DNA from: an uncultured Rickettsiales bacterium | GTDB lineage: Bacteria; Pseudomonadota; Alphaproteobacteria; Rickettsiales; UBA1997 | Length of the DNA: 64,000 bases | Assembly (NCBI GenBank): GCA_934747265.1 | Contig: CAKVGI010000002.1 | Location: forward strand, 34,282 to 98,281 | Reading direction: 5' to 3' | Part shown: positions 60,853-64,000 of the stretch, one piece after another | Layout of the letters: every line of letters starts with the position of its first letter | Position numbering within the stretch: position 1 is the first letter of the stretch | Position numbers and translations under genes: made by a program | Notes under the pieces: model-generated | Told to the model about the DNA's origin: nothing | What the model saw: the letters and a program-made list of their open reading frames with translations, nothing else | Databases searched by the model: none

Positions 60853-60881
60853 TTGAAAAAATAAATGTTGTAATTTATAAT
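60853..60881 (+). promoter_or_regulatory. sigma70-type promoter for pilin-like gene 1
   Basis: TTGAAA (60853-60858), a 17-nt spacer, then TATAAT (60876-60881), about 35 nt upstream of the ATG. The TAATTTAyAATTATGTCA segment is conserved upstream of the paralog at 63233-63250. Confidence 0.45.
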
Positions 60882-60915
60882 TATGTCAAGTGTTTATTAT
60901 TTTTAATATAAATAT

Positions 60916-61638
60916 ATGAATGGTAATAAAGCTTTTTCGCTTATAGAATTATCTATTGTTCTTATAATAATTGGATTATTAGTAGCTGGTATTACTGGTG
61001 GACAGAGTTTGATTGAGAGTGCAAAAATTAGATCATTATTTAATGAATTTTATAGTTATAAACAAGCATATTATTCATTTATAGCATTAAAAGGAAGATT
61101 ACCTGGTGATGTTAATAATGATGGTAAAATTGGTTATATGCAATCTGATAATTATGTAAGATATTTTCCAGCTCCTTATGATGGTTCTGATAGTAAGTAT
61201 GGATTACCAAACGCCTTATCCGGACCGTTTGTAGATTTGTATTTAGCAAAAATTATTGATTTTAAACCGCAAAATACATCCATAAGTGATAAACATCAAT
61301 TAGCTATAAAAGGAGGATTACCGGTTTCTAAAATATTAAAAGATGCAAAGTATTATTATGAAAATAAGGAAGATAGCGATATAACAAATAGCGCGTTTGC
61401 AAGAGATTTAAAGAATGGCAACTATATAACATTAGAAAGCATCAAATATGAAAAAAATAAAAATTGGTTCAATATTAAACCAATTTTTTTAAAAAAGATT
61501 GATGAAAAAATTGATGATGGAATACATAATAGAGGGCTTGCAAGAGGTAGTTGTACATTAAATTATGGTGCAAGAGATGATTCTGCATCTTATGATTTAG
61601 CGAAACATTGTAAAGCCTTATTGTTTTCTCTTGAATAA
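60916..61638 (+). CDS. type IV pilin / pseudopilin-like protein with prepilin (class III) signal
   Basis: MNGNK-AFSLIELSIVLIIIGLLVAGITGGQ: short basic leader, Phe at +1, Glu at +5, and a hydrophobic alpha1-N helix. Ala replaces the usual Gly at -1. Confidence 0.75.
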   Translation: MNGNKAFSLIELSIVLIIIGLLVAGITGGQSLIESAKIRSLFNEFYSYKQAYYSFIALKGRLPGDVNNDGKIGYMQSDNYVRYFPAPYDGSDSKYGLPNALSGPFVDLYLAKIIDFKPQNTSISDKHQLAIKGGLPVSKILKDAKYYYENKEDSDITNSAFARDLKNGNYITLESIKYEKNKNWFNIKPIFLKKIDEKIDDGIHNRGLARGSCTLNYGARDDSASYDLAKHCKALLFSLE

Positions 61639-61757
61639 TTTTAATAATAAAAACAAAAAAGATAATTTTTTAAGAAATAGTAATATTTTGACTATTATAG
61701 TAAAAAAATGTTGACTTATTATTTTGGGTTATTATTATTTTTTTATGATTGATTAAT

Positions 61758-61832
61758 TGGGCCGTAGCCAAGTGGTAAGGCAACTGGTTTTGATCCAGTC
61801 ATGCGATGGTTCGAATCCCTCCGGCCCAGCCA
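61758..61832 (+). tRNA. tRNA-Gln (anticodon UUG), CCA encoded
   Basis: TGGGCCGTAGCCAAGTGGTAAGGC AACTGG TTTTGAT CCAGT ... GATGGTTCGAATCCCTC CGGCCCA G CCA. It closely resembles E. coli tRNA-Gln. Confidence 0.9.
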
Positions 61833-61868
61833 TTTTTGAAATATTTTTAAAAATGCTAGTTTAATGAT

Positions 61869-62522
61869 ATGCAAAAAGATAATAATGGGAATAATATTTC
61901 AAAAAACAGCGTAAATTCTACCAGCGAACTCTTGAGTAATATATATAACAATAATGTTGAAGACGATATAAAAGTTGGGACGTTATTAAAGTCTGTTGAT
62001 TCTGGTGGTTTTGCTTTATTAAATCTAATTTTTGCTTTGATTTTAATGATTCCAACGCCCCCTCCAATCGCAATAATATGTGGGCTTATAATTATGTTTT
62101 TTTCTTTTCAAATGATCATTGGTAGAAAGGAAGTTTGGTTGCCAAAAATTATTACTGAAAAAAGTATAAAAAGAGCAACGCTTGCTATAATTGTTGAAAA
62201 ATCATTAATTTATTTGTATAAATTAGAAGGTTTTACGAGAAGGAGATTTACGTTTATTAATAATCCAATTACCGATAGACTCATTGGGGCTTTTATTTTT
62301 ATTCTGGCTGCAATTACGCTTACGCCAATTTTATTCGCAAATACAATACCTGGTGCCGCTATTATTCTAATGTCATTTGGAATGATTAATAAAGACGGAT
62401 TGATGGTAATTGTTGGATTTTTAGTTGGTATTTTTGGGATTTTTGTTGTATGGTGTATGATAATATTTGGAAAAGCTGTTATATTAAAAATAATAGATAA
62501 ATTCTTTACCATTGATTTATAG
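61869..62522 (+). CDS. ExoD-family membrane protein (exopolysaccharide synthesis ExoD-like)
   Basis: GGFALLNLIFALILMIPTPPPIAIICGLIIMFFSFQMIIGRKEVWLPKII matches the remembered ExoD family core (..P.P.......l...Q...Gr...WLP). Several TM helices are present. Confidence 0.6.
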   Translation: MQKDNNGNNISKNSVNSTSELLSNIYNNNVEDDIKVGTLLKSVDSGGFALLNLIFALILMIPTPPPIAIICGLIIMFFSFQMIIGRKEVWLPKIITEKSIKRATLAIIVEKSLIYLYKLEGFTRRRFTFINNPITDRLIGAFIFILAAITLTPILFANTIPGAAIILMSFGMINKDGLMVIVGFLVGIFGIFVVWCMIIFGKAVILKIIDKFFTIDL

Positions 62523-62546
62523 TTTTTGATAAAATTTATTGTGATA

Positions 62547-62909
62547 TTATTTAATTTCTGATAATTGTTTTGCTAACTCTATTATAAGCTCTTTGTTTTT
62601 TATTTTTTTTATATTAAAAAAATATTTTAGTAATATTTGCGTTCTGTCTTTATCTTTTTTATTTTTTTCTTTGTTTAATATATTTGATATCAAATCTTCA
62701 TAAAAATAATCTATATTAACTTTAAATTTTTTAGCAATAACTGCTAGTTTTGCTGCGGAAATTTTGTTTATACCTTGCTCGTATTTATCTAATTGCTGAT
62801 GGCTCATATCCAAGAGTTTTGCAAATTTTACACGAGTGAAATTATTAGTTTTTCTAAGTTCTAAAAGCTTCATTCCTATTAATTTATTCTTTATATTTTC
62901 TTCTTCCAT
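62547..62909 (-). CDS. XRE-family helix-turn-helix transcriptional regulator
   Basis: IGMKLLELRKTNNFTRVKFAKLLDMSHQQLDKYEQGINKISAAKLAVIAKKF is a Cro/C1-type HTH. Confidence 0.75.
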   Translation of the reverse strand: MEEENIKNKLIGMKLLELRKTNNFTRVKFAKLLDMSHQQLDKYEQGINKISAAKLAVIAKKFKVNIDYFYEDLISNILNKEKNKKDKDRTQILLKYFFNIKKIKNKELIIELAKQLSEIK

Positions 62910-62997
62910 CTCATATAAAAAAATTTTTACATAATAACATTATATTATATAAAATATTTAATGCAACTTTTAATTGATATTTTTTTATATACACTAT

Positions 62998-63045
62998 AAA
63001 CTTTAATACTTCAAAATTTCTGTAATGTAAAAATACCGTAATTTT
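62998..63045. promoter_or_regulatory. conserved 48-bp block, copy 2 (copy 1 at 57901-57947)
   Basis: It lies 89-136 nt upstream of the XRE regulator ATG. Copy 1 is at a similar distance from the M23 gene (83-129 nt). The minus strand reads TTTACA-N17-TATTAA. Confidence 0.4.
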
Positions 63046-63280
63046 GTCTACATCATCTACTAAATTTTTATTTCTCTTTAAATTAAATTCCTATTTATCA
63101 ATATTTATAGAGAGTAAACTTTTAGTGTTCTGATAAGAAAAAAGCAGATAGATGCTTTTCGTATAAAAAAGAAAAAAGTAAGTTGGAAGTCTGAAATTCT
63201 TATATAATATAATCCATTTAAATATAATATTATAATTTACAATTATGTCATATATCAATCATTTTTATATTTTTTTAAAT

Positions 63281-64000
63281 ATGAATAACAACAATAGCAA
63301 TAATGATAATAATAAAGCTTTTTCACTTATAGAATTATCTATTGTTCTTATAATAATTGGATTATTAATAGCTGGTATTACTGGTGGACAGAGTTTGATT
63401 GAGAGTGTAAGGATTAAAAATTTTATAACGGAGTACAATAATCTAAAAACGAGCTTTAATATATATTTTTTAGAAACAGGCACATTTCCTAGTGATGTAG
63501 ATGATGATCAAAATATTGATATATGTCATGGTATTGGGTGCCCCAATATTAATAACCTTTCAAGATATACACCGGAAAAAACATCAAATAATTTTGGTGG
63601 GGAATATAATGGTGTATCTATTGATTATAAAACTGGGCCTTGGGTGGATTTATATTTAAAAAAATTATATAATTTTGAACCGGTTATTGAAAATAATAAA
63701 ATAAAATCTGGTATTGGTTTTGCATATCCGAAAGTTAATTTTGTTGCGGAGAGTGCGCCAATTTTTGAAACTTTTAGAAATTTCGATGCTAAAATTGGTG
63801 ATAAATATCGTAGGAGCAATGTAAAACATGGAATATATTTTAGACTTACAATATTAAGTATAGCTAATCAAAGTATCAGATGGAAAGTAATACAGAAGCT
63901 GGATGAAAAATTAGATGATGGAATTTATAATAAAGGAATGATGATAAGTTGTATTGATGATTTAAGGTGTACAATTTCATATGATGAAGCACAAAATAGA
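63281..64000 (+). CDS. type IV pilin / pseudopilin-like paralog (3' end beyond the window; absent from the ORF track)
   Basis: The frame is open from ATG 63281 to the window end: MNNNNSNNDNNK-AFSLIELSIVLIIIGLLIAGITGGQSLIES... It also shares GPWVDLYLKK and KLDEKLDDGIYNKG with the 60916 gene. Confidence 0.7.
   Translation, partial: MNNNNSNNDNNKAFSLIELSIVLIIIGLLIAGITGGQSLIESVRIKNFITEYNNLKTSFNIYFLETGTFPSDVDDDQNIDICHGIGCPNINNLSRYTPEKTSNNFGGEYNGVSIDYKTGPWVDLYLKKLYNFEPVIENNKIKSGIGFAYPKVNFVAESAPIFETFRNFDAKIGDKYRRSNVKHGIYFRLTILSIANQSIRWKVIQKLDEKLDDGIYNKGMMISCIDDLRCTISYDEAQNR

Noticed and set aside
63265-63819. Minus-strand ORFs 63265-63483 and 63625-63819.
   Set aside because: They are antisense shadows of the + strand pilin-like paralog that runs from 63281 to the window edge.

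Overview
The window is strongly AT-rich, gene-dense chromosomal DNA from a reduced Gram-negative bacterium. G+C is judged by eye only and was not computed. I infer a Rickettsiales-like alphaproteobacterium from two things: an rvh-style type IV secretion operon (virB3-virB4 followed by two giant virB6 paralogs) and a solitary gene-transfer-agent-type gene.

Most of the window is housekeeping:
- Translation, RNA and small GTPases: rlmN, obg, ychF, rsmA, truA, rpmG, rpmI-rplT.
- DNA metabolism: rmuC, recJ, ruvX, polA.
- Envelope and LPS: nagZ, kdsA, kdsB, lolD, rseP, ugd, an LpxR-like gene and an ExoD-like gene.
- Other metabolism: nnr, gpmI, dapB, mtaD.
- Chaperonins: groES and groEL.
- Four tRNAs: Leu-CAG, Cys-GCA, Ser-GGA and Gln-UUG.

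The features that stand out are:
1. A 555-nt groES-groEL spacer. It holds a four-helix-bundle (23S-IVS-protein family) ORF bracketed by 34-nt inverted blocks of tandem heptamers. This is the architecture of an rRNA intervening sequence, but it sits inside an mRNA operon.
2. A 2.2-kb ORF-free region (57.8-60.0 kb). It contains a 128-nt G-free tract, an A-rich low-complexity tract, and a degenerate repeat array of about 27-bp period whose polarity inverts. Inverted relatives lie at 56.3-56.6 kb.
3. Two paralogous modules of about 112 nt (promoter, 5' hairpin, long hairpin, U-tract) that look like small-RNA genes.
4. A translationally coupled ddl / alpha-beta-hydrolase / membrane-anchored MurF-like operon, divergent from the T4SS operon.
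5. A candidate yybP-ykoY (Mn2+) riboswitch in front of a Ca/Mn-type P-type ATPase.
6. A 48-bp block conserved upstream of both an M23 peptidase gene and an XRE regulator gene.
7. Two orphan type-IV-pilin-like paralogs that share a nearly identical 97-nt 5' cassette.
8. A partial type II restriction-modification pair at the left edge.

All functional calls come from motif recognition by eye. No database search was run.
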